Positions 1 through 9,660 are shown, counted from the stretch's first letter. The stretch: 64,000 bases of DNA from an uncultured Gammaproteobacteria bacterium (GCA_964507055.1 CAZDOJ010000001.1:657313-721312), one strand, 5' to 3'. The notes: a model not told the origin generated them from the letters alone. Translations and numbers: made by a program.

Positions 1-887
1 GGAATTGCCAATACCGCAACTCCTAGAATCATTTTTATGAAAGCGTTCCTCAGACGTGATCGATCATGGGTGAGTTTGGAAAAAATAGGAAACATTACAT
101 AATTGAAAGCATTTCCTAATTCAACAAAAGGCATTACTGCTAAAGAATAAGCAAGTTGATAAATACCAAGTGACGATGCACCAAGCATTCTTCCAACTGC
201 AATGTTATCCATATTGGTAAATAAATAATCAAAGATTGCAGTTCCTGTAATCCATTTACCTCTGTGGAAAATTGTTGCAATATATGCCTTCTCAAAGTGG
301 AAGCTTGGACGAGGAGATACTATTATGTATGACAAAACTAATTCTACTATCACACCAGCAAGAAGACCGACTACAATTCCAATTGGATTTTGTGTAATGT
401 ACGTAACGATAATTGAAACAGTGGTATCAATTACAAGAATAATCGTTTGATACCAAAAATTCTTGGCAAAAAGTAAGTCTTTCTGCAACTTTACAACAGC
501 TGGATTTATAAATCCTCTAAGTAAAGGAACGATACTTATCCAATAAAGAAGTGTTACAGAAGCTGGTGAATGAAAGAAGTTAGCAATAAATGGAGCTGCT
601 ATTAAAAGAATAATCATTATTACGAGACCTCTTAAAATAGAAATGATCCAAGCTGAACTTACATATTTGTCAGTTTCTTTTTCTTGAACTAAAACAACAT
701 TAACACCAGTTTGGGTAATTGTCTCTAAAAGACCAAGTGCTAATAAAGCAATCGCATAGATACCAAACTGTTCTGGAGCAAGAATTCTTGCCAAAATAAT
801 AGTCTCCAGAAAACCGACTGCTTTTGTCAGAAATCGTAAAGAGCCAATAAACGAAAGACCTTTTATAACATCTTTTTTATATCCCAT
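1..887 (-). CDS. Polysaccharide flippase (Wzx/PST-type MOP exporter), 3' end runs off the window
   Basis: Not in the ORF track. Manual translation from ATG at 887: MGYKKDVIKGLSFIGSLRFLTKAVGFLETIILARILAPEQFGIYAIA..., with the LARxLxPxxFG signature and many hydrophobic segments; overlaps the GT2 stop. Confidence 0.85.
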   Translation of the reverse strand, partial: MGYKKDVIKGLSFIGSLRFLTKAVGFLETIILARILAPEQFGIYAIALLALGLLETITQTGVNVVLVQEKETDKYVSSAWIISILRGLVIMIILLIAAPFIANFFHSPASVTLLYWISIVPLLRGFINPAVVKLQKDLLFAKNFWYQTIILVIDTTVSIIVTYITQNPIGIVVGLLAGVIVELVLSYIIVSPRPSFHFEKAYIATIFHRGKWITGTAIFDYLFTNMDNIAVGRMLGASSLGIYQLAYSLAVMPFVELGNAFNYVMFPIFSKLTHDRSRLRNAFIKMILGVAVLAI

Positions 888-1810
888 AAATGTAAAATCC
901 CACTTATTGTACCATTCATCACTGCAAAGTCAGCAATAAATTGTAATAGTGGTAAATAGAAAAAGGCAGATGCATCTTTAACATAACGATAATTTTTTGA
1001 AATAGCCCACACAATATAAAGCAGAAGAATAAAAGATAAGAAATAAAGAATGAGAAAAGATTTTGTAATTACAAATACAAGAAATAAACCCAAAATTAAA
1101 AGATATCGTACAAAAAGAAATAAAACTTTCGGACGAAAAATACCTGCTTCGGCATCACCATAAGCAAAACGCAGAAACATTATATATGTCTCCTTCAGCG
1201 TATTTCTTGGTATCCAATAAGCAATTGCATCTTTGACAAACACTATATTTGCACCGATCTTTTTTAACTTTTTCGCATATGCATAATCTTCATTATGGGA
1301 CAATACCTCATCAAAACCACCAACCTTTTTCCATATCGATTTTTTGAAAGCAACAGAACGAGTAGCAGGAAGAAAATTATTAGAATCTACTTTATCAGGC
1401 ATCACAAAGACATAGGGAAGCAAGCTCTTATGAAAAGTATTTTGTGTTAAACCTTTATAATAACCAGCGACAACATCAACATCTTTTTCAGTAAAAGGCT
1501 TGGTAATCAATGCAATCCAGTCTTTATCTAAAATATTGCCAGCATCCGAACAAACAATTATATCTCCAGATGCTTGCCTAATTGCCTCATTCCTTCCAAC
1601 AGATCTATTCCCTTTTTTAACAATAACTTTTACTTTCTTAACTGATTTGGGAAATTGGAATTTATTAATGAGAGAAACAGTTTGATCAACGCTCCCCCCA
1701 TCAACAATTATGATCTCATCGGGAAGTTTTGTTTGAGCTGCAAGTGATTGCAGAAAATCTAGAATAGAATTCTGCTCATTATAAATAGTAGTAATAAAAG
1801 AAATTTTCAT
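863..1810 (-). CDS. Glycosyltransferase family 2 with C-terminal TM helices
   Basis: ISFITTIYNE, IIIVDGGSVD, GRN, DAG, HNEDY motifs. Confidence 0.9.
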   Translation of the reverse strand: MKISFITTIYNEQNSILDFLQSLAAQTKLPDEIIIVDGGSVDQTVSLINKFQFPKSVKKVKVIVKKGNRSVGRNEAIRQASGDIIVCSDAGNILDKDWIALITKPFTEKDVDVVAGYYKGLTQNTFHKSLLPYVFVMPDKVDSNNFLPATRSVAFKKSIWKKVGGFDEVLSHNEDYAYAKKLKKIGANIVFVKDAIAYWIPRNTLKETYIMFLRFAYGDAEAGIFRPKVLFLFVRYLLILGLFLVFVITKSFLILYFLSFILLLYIVWAISKNYRYVKDASAFFYLPLLQFIADFAVMNGTISGILHLWDIKKML

Positions 1811-1864
1811 AAATTACATTATATATAGTATATGGTATAGTAGAGCAGATTAATTAACTTTTCT

Positions 1865-2404
1865 ATGACTAATTCTCGCACAATTTTAAGTATTTTGGAA
1901 TGGATAGGAAATGATATCATAAGTGCAATTCCTTCACATACAATAAGGAACTTCTTTTATCGAAATATTGCAGAAATCAAACTTGGAAAGGATAGCACTA
2001 TTTCTATGCATTGCAAGTTTTCGACATTTTCTGATATTACGATCAAAAACAACACTGTAATATTGCAAGGCGTTTTTCTCGATGGACGGGGTGGAATAAC
2101 TATTGGGAATAATGTAAATATTGGGAGGGATGTTTCTATCCACACTGCACAACATAACCCACAATCTCCAGACTTTGATTATGTCGAAAAATCGGTTCAG
2201 ATAAAGGATCACGTATGGATCGCAAGTAGTGTTATTATCATTCCGGGAGTAACGATCGGTGAAGGTGCAGTTCTTGCTGCTGGGGCTGTTGTGACAAAAG
2301 ATGTGGAGCCTTACACAATCGTTGGAGGAAACCCTGCAAAGTTTATAAAAAAGAGAAATAAAAAAATTGCATATAAAACAAACTGGGCTGCACTTTTCTA
2401 TTAA
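1865..2404 (+). CDS. Hexapeptide-repeat (LbH) sugar O-acetyltransferase
   Basis: [33 protein letters not shown]. Confidence 0.9.
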   Translation: MTNSRTILSILEWIGNDIISAIPSHTIRNFFYRNIAEIKLGKDSTISMHCKFSTFSDITIKNNTVILQGVFLDGRGGITIGNNVNIGRDVSIHTAQHNPQSPDFDYVEKSVQIKDHVWIASSVIIIPGVTIGEGAVLAAGAVVTKDVEPYTIVGGNPAKFIKKRNKKIAYKTNWAALFY

Positions 2405-2418
2405 TGCATTAAATCAAT

Positions 2419-3492
2419 TTGATGAACAAAAAAACTTCATATAATTTTTCAGCAGATATTATAAGAGTCCTTGCTATTTTTGGCGTATTATTTATTCATA
2501 TCGTTCATCCACTCAACGGCAGGCCAGATTTATTTAGCGAGATTGTATGGTGGTTTGGAATCATTATCGATGCATTATCACGAATTGCTATTCCTTTATT
2601 TGTCCTTTTAAGTGGATATTTTCTTTTAAATAAAGACGAATCTTTCTCTCAATCATTGAAACGAACGGCTACTCGTATTTTTATTCCACTTCTTTTTTGG
2701 TTTTTGTTCTATACATGGTGGTATAGTAGACCATTATCTTTACCAAGCTTTGATAGTTCGTTGCTAGCAAACATATTTACTGTAAATGTATTTCATCTCT
2801 ATTTCCTTATCATTATGCTCGGACTTTATATAGCAGCACCGCTTTTCCGTACGTATCTTCGTACGAAAGCACAATCAGAACACAAAAAGCTTATGATTTT
2901 ATTACTTGCTGTAGGGATTCTTGAAGTTATTGGTCAATATGTCTTGCAACGATGTGCAATGGATAATATCTTTACGTACTGGATACCTTACTCAGGGCTT
3001 TTTGTAGCAGGATTCGTTCTTGGAAATAAAGCACAATCCATAAAAGCTACGAAACCTCTACTACTCCTTTATACTTTTGGACTGATAGCAACGATTGCTT
3101 TTAGTTATTTTCACTATCTTTCTCTTTTTAACGGTGGTAATTTCCTTGGCTCTGCGGGATGCATTGCCTATTATTCCGATTATTATATGAGTATTCCAGT
3201 TCTCCTGATGTCTTTGCCTGCGTTTATACTCTTACTTCGTTTTAAATATCATTTTTTAAATAAAAAGCATATTGCAGCGACTGTCCGCTCACTATCAAAG
3301 GCAAGTTTTGGTATTTACCTTAGTCATTTGTTTATCCTTAATATTATTGAACATTATCTCTTTGATTATCTTTCCCCTAACTTGTTCTATATTATTATCA
3401 AATGGCTGATAATCCTTCTTCTCTCGTACCTATTCACTGTTATATTTATGAGAATCCCATTTATAAATCGAGTATTAGGAGCCAAAGATTAA
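2419..3492 (+). CDS. Membrane acyltransferase family 3 (WecH/YiaH-like O-acetyltransferase)
   Basis: DIIRVLAIFGVLFIH, IPLFVLLSGY, HLYFL, SFGIYLSH; many TM segments. Confidence 0.88.
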   Translation: MMNKKTSYNFSADIIRVLAIFGVLFIHIVHPLNGRPDLFSEIVWWFGIIIDALSRIAIPLFVLLSGYFLLNKDESFSQSLKRTATRIFIPLLFWFLFYTWWYSRPLSLPSFDSSLLANIFTVNVFHLYFLIIMLGLYIAAPLFRTYLRTKAQSEHKKLMILLLAVGILEVIGQYVLQRCAMDNIFTYWIPYSGLFVAGFVLGNKAQSIKATKPLLLLYTFGLIATIAFSYFHYLSLFNGGNFLGSAGCIAYYSDYYMSIPVLLMSLPAFILLLRFKYHFLNKKHIAATVRSLSKASFGIYLSHLFILNIIEHYLFDYLSPNLFYIIIKWLIILLLSYLFTVIFMRIPFINRVLGAKD

Positions 3493-3637
3493 CTAGCAGA
3501 TAGTATTTCATATATCTCAATTGGATAATAATATAGCAAAATATAAATTGATAAGAATTGATCTATTCAAACCACTTTTGCATCAGTTGACTTTAAATTA
3601 TGTATGTGGGATATTCTAAATAGATAAACTCTAGTCA

Positions 3638-4855
3638 ATGAAAAAAATCTTTGCATCTATTTTATTAAGTCTGTCATTTCTTTTATCGAGTGTTAGTCCC
3701 TCTTTTGCAGCAGAAAATATCCACATTGATAGTGCAGAATGGCTTAATTCACATACAATCCGTTTCCATTACTCAGACAATGATTATGCTCCAGGCGGGG
3801 TGGCTTTAATTTTTACAGCAAGTGATGGTAGTAGGACGTTACATGCAGGTGCTCAGAACTATCCCGACACTGATGTGTCAGGCTATTTTGATTTTGATGC
3901 CGGTTCTGACACAGACTCATTATATTGGGGTGCTGACTCAGGATATACAAGATATTATGCACTAACAGGCTATTCAGATGAAGAGAATATGTCTAATACA
4001 TTTCGCTTAGCAGCATACGTTCCTCCTAATATAGTAATTATAGCCTCTCCATCTGCTGGAGTAAGAACAGTCGGGTCACCATTTAGTGTGAATATTACCG
4101 TTAATAGTGAAGGAGAAGCATTTAATGCTGCAAGGGCATCAGTATCAGCTTCTTCAAATCTTACTATTAATAGTATCTCCGCTCCAACATCAAACTCATG
4201 CAACATGCAATATACGCAAACTCCAACTACGTCTAATCCATCATTCGCTGGAGCAATTTACGGTTCATCTTCTGAAAGTTGTAATGTGTACACGATGGTC
4301 GTTACACCAAATGATACAGGGACTGGAACTATCACTTTCACAAATGGTTCAGTAAAGGCATACTCAGACAATTCTGAAATAATGACTGGTGTTACGAATG
4401 CATCTTTCACATTATCTGATGGACCAACCCCAACGCCTACCCCACTTCTTGAATTTGCAGTTACAAGTCCATACGAAACATATAAAGAGAACTTTACAAT
4501 TACAGGAACCAAACTCGATACTATTACAGCAATGTTCTTAAACGGAGATGATACAGACTCTGTCTATCCGACAAGTACAACATGGGAAATCCCTGTAACA
4601 CTTGCTCTTGGTGACAATAATTACACGTTATATGGAAGTGACGGGACCAATCAAACAGCTACACAAAATGTGATTATCGACCGCCATACTCTCGGGGACA
4701 TCAACGGGGATGGCGAAATAGATCTCATCGACGCTTCCCTCTTTGCTGTCGACTGGGATAAAACGGAAGGCCTCACATACATTCTCTCTGATATGAATGA
4801 TGATGGTGTAGTAGATCTTACTGACCTTTCCATCCTCGCAAAATTGCAAGAGTAA
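3638..4855 (+). CDS. Secreted protein: unknown N-domain + cohesin-like domain + PT linker + Ig-like domain + C-terminal dockerin
   Basis: Signal peptide ending SFA-A; beta-rich domain SPSAG...FNAA...NASFTLS; PTPTPTP; twin Ca-binding repeats GDINGDGEIDLIDASLF and SDMNDDGVVDLTDLSIL. Confidence 0.8.
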   Translation: MKKIFASILLSLSFLLSSVSPSFAAENIHIDSAEWLNSHTIRFHYSDNDYAPGGVALIFTASDGSRTLHAGAQNYPDTDVSGYFDFDAGSDTDSLYWGADSGYTRYYALTGYSDEENMSNTFRLAAYVPPNIVIIASPSAGVRTVGSPFSVNITVNSEGEAFNAARASVSASSNLTINSISAPTSNSCNMQYTQTPTTSNPSFAGAIYGSSSESCNVYTMVVTPNDTGTGTITFTNGSVKAYSDNSEIMTGVTNASFTLSDGPTPTPTPLLEFAVTSPYETYKENFTITGTKLDTITAMFLNGDDTDSVYPTSTTWEIPVTLALGDNNYTLYGSDGTNQTATQNVIIDRHTLGDINGDGEIDLIDASLFAVDWDKTEGLTYILSDMNDDGVVDLTDLSILAKLQE

Positions 4856-4913
4856 AATATTGCGATGTTTTATTACTTCATGTATAAACTAATAAGTTAC
4901 TGAACAGCTTACA

Positions 4914-5825
4914 ATGTATAAATTAATATTCAATTTTTTTACTTTTTTCTCAATTTCTCTTCTGTTTGTCTCACACGTATATGCTGCTGAAACAACTATT
5001 GGAGTTTCTCCAAATTCAGGGACATTTGATAAAGCCTTTAAAGCAAATATTGTAATTGACGGAAAAGGAGATGTCTTTAATGCAGCGGAATCGAAAGTTA
5101 AAATTTCTTCAAATCTGACCGTAAAAGATATTATTTTAGGCGATTGTAATTTTTCGTATTTAAGTACTCCAACCACAGAAAATCTTTCATTTTCTGGTGT
5201 CATTCTCTCAGGATCTTCTAAAAAATGTACAGTCTATACTATGACTTTATTACCTAAAGAAAAAGGAAACGCTTCAATAAATCTTTCCGACGGTTCAGTT
5301 CGAAGATATGGCGACGCAGTAAACGTCCTTAAAGGAATGAATAATGCGTCATTTACGTTGTCAGGAACTGTCGCATCTGCACAAACAAAAGCTATCACAA
5401 CGAAAGAAACAAATGGTCTCTATACACTGACAATTAATGTAGTCGCGAAAGAGCATGAACCGCTACAAGATGCACTCGTATCCCTTACCTCGCCAGATAT
5501 TAAAAGTGCAGTCAAAATAAAAACATCCGCATCAGGCCAAGCACAATTTACAAAGCTCAAAGAAGGAGTATACGAAGCAACTGTCGATAAAGATAATAAG
5601 ATAGTCGCAAGAACAATTATTAATGTAAAAGGAAGTAATCCGAATATCTCATTTGGAATCAACTTGGAAAACCAGAAAAATAATCCTCTTTTGGGAAATA
5701 CTACTATAAATATATTTGGATTATCACCATGGCATATTGCAGCGATTTTAGGTGTAGGAATTATATTTGGAGCGGGAATAGCATTTACTACTGTTAAACT
5801 TTCTGGAAGAAAAAAGAAAGAGTAA
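4914..5825 (+). CDS. Membrane-anchored protein: cohesin-like domain + prealbumin/CnaB-like domain + C-terminal TM anchor
   Basis: Signal peptide ending VYA-A; domain paralogous to the upstream gene; PLQDALVSL...TSASGQAQFTKLKEGVYEATV; hydrophobic C-terminus then GRKKKE. Confidence 0.75.
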   Translation: MYKLIFNFFTFFSISLLFVSHVYAAETTIGVSPNSGTFDKAFKANIVIDGKGDVFNAAESKVKISSNLTVKDIILGDCNFSYLSTPTTENLSFSGVILSGSSKKCTVYTMTLLPKEKGNASINLSDGSVRRYGDAVNVLKGMNNASFTLSGTVASAQTKAITTKETNGLYTLTINVVAKEHEPLQDALVSLTSPDIKSAVKIKTSASGQAQFTKLKEGVYEATVDKDNKIVARTIINVKGSNPNISFGINLENQKNNPLLGNTTINIFGLSPWHIAAILGVGIIFGAGIAFTTVKLSGRKKKE

Positions 5826-5826
5826 T

Positions 5827-6585
5827 TTACTCTTTCTCAGCTTTCGCCTGTTCATAGCGAAGTCCACCCATTTCATAAGCACTATTTGGTTTTTTTACGC
5901 CACCTTTTATAAGCGTATACAGTGTGTAATAAACATAATCCCAGGTAATCTTCCACGTCCCTTCTACTTCAAATCGACGCATTGAGAAATAGCACCCAAC
6001 TCGATAGATAAGTGTTGGAGAGACACCATGCTTGTGTGCTTTCATGATCAAATTATGATCTTCCCCAATAATAATTGATTCCTCAAAGCCTCCAATTTGA
6101 TCAAACAACTTTTTCTGAATAACAATATGCGGACCTGTTGATATAGGATATCCTACAAGCTTCATTACACGTACAAATGAGATACTGCAGAAAAAGAGCA
6201 AACGATGTAAAAGAGAAGAAGTACTTGGTTGGACAAAAGGCAGATACAAAGGTTTATTATCCTTATCTATTCTTCGGAGGATTTTTTCCATAACGTCTTT
6301 ATCAAGTCGTGTATCTGCATCCAAGAAAAAGATATATTCACTTTTGACATACTTTGCACCAACATTCCGTTGCAGAGCAGCACCTTTGGCTGAAGATTCT
6401 ACAAATTGGAGAGATAAGTTCTTATGAAATGCAGCTGCCACTTTTTTGGTATTATCTTGCGATTTTGCATCAATAACAACCACTTCAAAATTCTTCTCTG
6501 TCTGGTCTACGAGGTCTTGGAGCAAGAGAGGCAGATAGTGTTCTTCATTCAACGTCGGAATGACGATGGTGATTTTCGCACGCAT
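5827..6585 (-). CDS. Glycosyltransferase family 2
   Basis: ITIVIPTLNEE, RNVGA, FLDAD, GEDH. Confidence 0.9.
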   Translation of the reverse strand: MRAKITIVIPTLNEEHYLPLLLQDLVDQTEKNFEVVVIDAKSQDNTKKVAAAFHKNLSLQFVESSAKGAALQRNVGAKYVKSEYIFFLDADTRLDKDVMEKILRRIDKDNKPLYLPFVQPSTSSLLHRLLFFCSISFVRVMKLVGYPISTGPHIVIQKKLFDQIGGFEESIIIGEDHNLIMKAHKHGVSPTLIYRVGCYFSMRRFEVEGTWKITWDYVYYTLYTLIKGGVKKPNSAYEMGGLRYEQAKAEKE

Positions 6586-6629
6586 AAAAGTATTGTAGTT
6601 TATACGTTCTCATTGTACAATAGCATAAT

Positions 6630-7415
6630 ATGGGCCAAGAAGCCTTAAAAATATCTGTCGTTATCCCCGTCTACAACGAGGAAAAATACATCGGAAAATG
6701 TTTGGAAAGTCTTATGAAGCAAACAGTACCGGCAGATGAGATTATTGTCGTAAATAATAATTCCACTGATAATTCTGCAAAAATAATTAAGCAATTCCCT
6801 ACTGTCCGAGTCATAAGAGAAAAGAAGCAAGGAATGACTCCAGCGAGAAATAGAGGCTTTAATGAAGCACAGTATGACATCATCGTCCGAACGGATGCAG
6901 ATACTATCCTCCCTCCCAATTGGATCAAGCGAATTAAAAGAAGTTTTGCTGACGAAAAATTAGTGGCACTCACTGGTCCAGGAGAATTTTATGACCTACC
7001 AAAAATTATTCATAATTCACGTTGGCAGACAAAAGATGAATGGGTTAAGCTAATCATTGGCTATAACAAACTTGTAAAACAGCTGATCAAACACGACTGT
7101 CTCTATGGACCTAACTATGCTATCCGAAGAAATGCTTGGGAACAAATTAAGAATACGGTTTGCCTTGATGACAAACAAGTGCATGAAGATTTGGATCTAG
7201 CAATTCATATTGCACCATTGGGTAAGATTAAGTTTTATAGAAATCTCATTGTTAAAACATCGGTACGACGTTGGAAGAAACCAGAAGCTTATGTAGAATA
7301 CCTCTATAGAGGCCTCAAATCTATCCAGAAGCATCAATTAAGTACAACACGTCAGAGAAGTACACAATTGGTTAAAAAGATTGTTTCAAAGGCATTTCTT
7401 CTTAACAGACTCTAA
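6630..7415 (+). CDS. Glycosyltransferase family 2
   Basis: ISVVIPVYNEE, NNNSTD, ARNRG, TDAD, HEDLDL, TSVRR. Confidence 0.9.
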   Translation: MGQEALKISVVIPVYNEEKYIGKCLESLMKQTVPADEIIVVNNNSTDNSAKIIKQFPTVRVIREKKQGMTPARNRGFNEAQYDIIVRTDADTILPPNWIKRIKRSFADEKLVALTGPGEFYDLPKIIHNSRWQTKDEWVKLIIGYNKLVKQLIKHDCLYGPNYAIRRNAWEQIKNTVCLDDKQVHEDLDLAIHIAPLGKIKFYRNLIVKTSVRRWKKPEAYVEYLYRGLKSIQKHQLSTTRQRSTQLVKKIVSKAFLLNRL

Positions 7416-7422
7416 GGTTGCG

Positions 7423-7450
7423 TTGACAAATGTTTTTTACCTGAGATAAT
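7423..7450 (+). promoter_or_regulatory. Sigma70-type promoter of lepB, probably leaderless
   Basis: TTGACA at 7423-7428; TGaGATAAT at 7442-7450; ATG 6 nt downstream; no SD. Confidence 0.6.
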
Positions 7451-7456
7451 TAAACT

Positions 7457-8035
7457 ATGAATACTGAAGTGTTAAAAAAAGCTTATTTCTTTACTCTTGA
7501 TCTTCTCCAGACAATTCTTCTTGCAGCATCAATCTTTTTAGTAATTTATATCTTTTTCTTCAGACCGTTTCAGGTTAGCGGAGAATCCATGTATCCGACA
7601 TTTAAAAATAAAGAATATATCCTTACTAACCTTATCACGCTTAAATTTGGCCATCCAGTAAAGGGTGATGTTATTGTATTTAAAGCACCGACCGATCAAG
7701 ATAAGGACTTTATTAAGCGTGTTATTGGAACAGCAGGAGATAGTGTCTCCGTCCAAGAAGGATTTGTCTATGTTAATGGAAAGAAAATTGATGAATCAAA
7801 ATACCTTGATAGTGAAGTAAGGACATATGGTGGAAGCTTTTTGAAAGATGGACAATCAGTCACTGTTCCTCAGGGTGAATTTATCGTCATGGGTGACAAT
7901 CGACCATTTAGTTCTGATTCACGTGAATGGGGATTTCTGAAAGAGAAAGATATTATTGGTAAATCATTCTTCGTCTACTGGCCAGTTAATACAATGCGAC
8001 TTATCTCCAATCCATATCCACCTGCGAATCAGTGA
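7457..8035 (+). CDS. lepB: Signal peptidase I
   Basis: GESMYPT (catalytic Ser), FIKRVIG (Lys), MGDNRPFSSDSREWG. Confidence 0.96.
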   Translation: MNTEVLKKAYFFTLDLLQTILLAASIFLVIYIFFFRPFQVSGESMYPTFKNKEYILTNLITLKFGHPVKGDVIVFKAPTDQDKDFIKRVIGTAGDSVSVQEGFVYVNGKKIDESKYLDSEVRTYGGSFLKDGQSVTVPQGEFIVMGDNRPFSSDSREWGFLKEKDIIGKSFFVYWPVNTMRLISNPYPPANQ

Positions 8036-8042
8036 ACACACA

Positions 8043-8137
8043 TGTCATGCTAAGTCCTCGAATGAGGAGAACTTGTTTCGGCATCTCCAATTAGCAAAAC
8101 ACTATGTATAGGCTCCTGAAATAAATTCAGGATGACA
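8043..8137. repeat. RPE/REP-like composite palindromic element between convergent lepB and parB
   Basis: Left arm TGTCATGCT[17-nt insert]GAACTTGTTTCGGCATCT; right arm GGCTCCTGAAATAAATTCAGGATGACA; arms are inverted copies (20/27 by hand after removing the insert). Confidence 0.75.
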
Positions 8138-8152
8138 GAGAAGAAAGTTCTA

Positions 8153-8974
8153 TTATTTCGTGAGAATTTCGTGGATTTGTTTTAATTTTTCTGTTGTTAT
8201 TTCAGGTGAACCTTTGATAACTAATGTTAAACGAGCTAATTTACTCGACTGAAAGATCTGCACTTTATCATAATCAAACTTCTCTTCAATTTCTTTCGCC
8301 ATTTGATCTTGCTCAGGAACCCAGAGCTGATCCTTTGGTTGTGCCACTTCTTTCTTTTGTGTCTCACCTTTCACTTTACGAGCAAGCTCTTCTGTTTGCC
8401 GTACAGTATAGTTATCACGAAGAATTGTCTTAAAGACATCCAACATCAACTTTGGATCACCAAGTGACAATAACGGGCGTACATGACCTTCTGTGATAAC
8501 GCCTGCGACCAATGCATCTTTGATAGCATCTGGCAATGAAAGTAATCGAATTGTATTACTAACAGCTGGGACACTTTTACCAACTCTTTTTGCAACTTCT
8601 GTTGTACCAAGGCCGAATTCATCGATAAGCCTTCGATAAGCCAATGCTTTTTCGATAGGATTAAGATCTTCACGCTGGACGTTTTCAACGATAGACATTT
8701 CCAGCATTCTTTGTGGAGTAGTTATCTTAACAACAACTGGAACTTTCTGAAGTCCAAGAATCTTTGCGGCTCTCCATCGTCGTTCTCCAGCAATGATTTG
8801 ATATCCAGCTGGTGTTTGAGCGACAACGATAGGTTCGAGAATTCCTTGTTCGCGGATTGATTCGACGAGATCTGTTAGTGAGTCTGGGGTAATAACGCCA
8901 CGAGGCTGCAGTGGGTTAGATTGCAGATGATTAGTTTCTAATTCGTATAATCGATCTCCAGTTTGATTATCCAT
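8153..8974 (-). CDS. parB: ParB/Spo0J partition protein
   Basis: NPLQPR, GILEPIVV, IIAGERRWRAA, ENVQREDL, HTH, ITEGHVR. Confidence 0.95.
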   Translation of the reverse strand: MDNQTGDRLYELETNHLQSNPLQPRGVITPDSLTDLVESIREQGILEPIVVAQTPAGYQIIAGERRWRAAKILGLQKVPVVVKITTPQRMLEMSIVENVQREDLNPIEKALAYRRLIDEFGLGTTEVAKRVGKSVPAVSNTIRLLSLPDAIKDALVAGVITEGHVRPLLSLGDPKLMLDVFKTILRDNYTVRQTEELARKVKGETQKKEVAQPKDQLWVPEQDQMAKEIEEKFDYDKVQIFQSSKLARLTLVIKGSPEITTEKLKQIHEILTK

Positions 8975-9218
8975 GGATTACCTCTACATATTTTTTGCCT
9001 TTAAGTGTCTTGAAGTGGACAGTTCCCTCCTCAACTGCAAATAATGTAAAGTCGCGTCCCATGGAAACTCCGTTTCCAGCATTAAACTTTGTACCAACTT
9101 GGCGGATGATGATACTTCCTGGTGTTGCTTTTGAACCACCATAAATTTTAACACCACGTCGCTTTGGTCGTGAGTCTCTATTTCCTTTTACTGATCCTTG
9201 TGCTTTTGTATGTGCCAT
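8967..9218 (-). CDS. rpmA: 50S ribosomal protein L27
   Basis: MAHTKAQGS..RDSRPKRRGVK..GSIIIRQVGTK..GRDFTLFA. Confidence 0.97.
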   Translation of the reverse strand: MAHTKAQGSVKGNRDSRPKRRGVKIYGGSKATPGSIIIRQVGTKFNAGNGVSMGRDFTLFAVEEGTVHFKTLKGKKYVEVIHG

Positions 9219-9274
9219 AGTTTTTTAGTGAAAACTTGAGTTAATAGTACGGCAAGTTTTCGATCCTGTCAAGA

Positions 9275-9610
9275 TTATTCAGCCTTCTTTGCACCTTTAC
9301 TCTTGAATCCAGTTACCTGAACCTTTGTAAGTTGTGCTCGGAAACCAATTGTTTTTCGGTATTTAGCTTTTGCCTTGAACTTAGAAACTCGGATCTTATC
9401 ACCTTGAGTTTGTTCCAAAACTTTTGCAGTTACGGTAACTGCATCCAAGAACGGAGTTCCAAGGTTTACTGAATCACCATCAACAGTCATAAGTACCTGA
9501 TCCAAAACATATTCTGAACCTGGTTCTGCTTGTAGCTTATCGAGTTCGAGGACTTGTCCTTCAGTAACTTTATATTGTTTTCCGCCGTTGGCTATAATTG
9601 CATATTTCAT
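9275..9610 (-). CDS. rplU: 50S ribosomal protein L21
   Basis: YAIIANGGKQYKV..GTPFL..GFRAQLT. Confidence 0.97.
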   Translation of the reverse strand: MKYAIIANGGKQYKVTEGQVLELDKLQAEPGSEYVLDQVLMTVDGDSVNLGTPFLDAVTVTAKVLEQTQGDKIRVSKFKAKAKYRKTIGFRAQLTKVQVTGFKSKGAKKAE

Positions 9611-9660
9611 ACTACGAGGAAGATTATATCAAACTCTTCACGCTTGGGCAAGGAGCAGCC

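Noticed and set aside
8967-9610. No prp/ysxB between rplU and rpmA
   Set aside because: L27 has no N-terminal extension, so the protease is not expected
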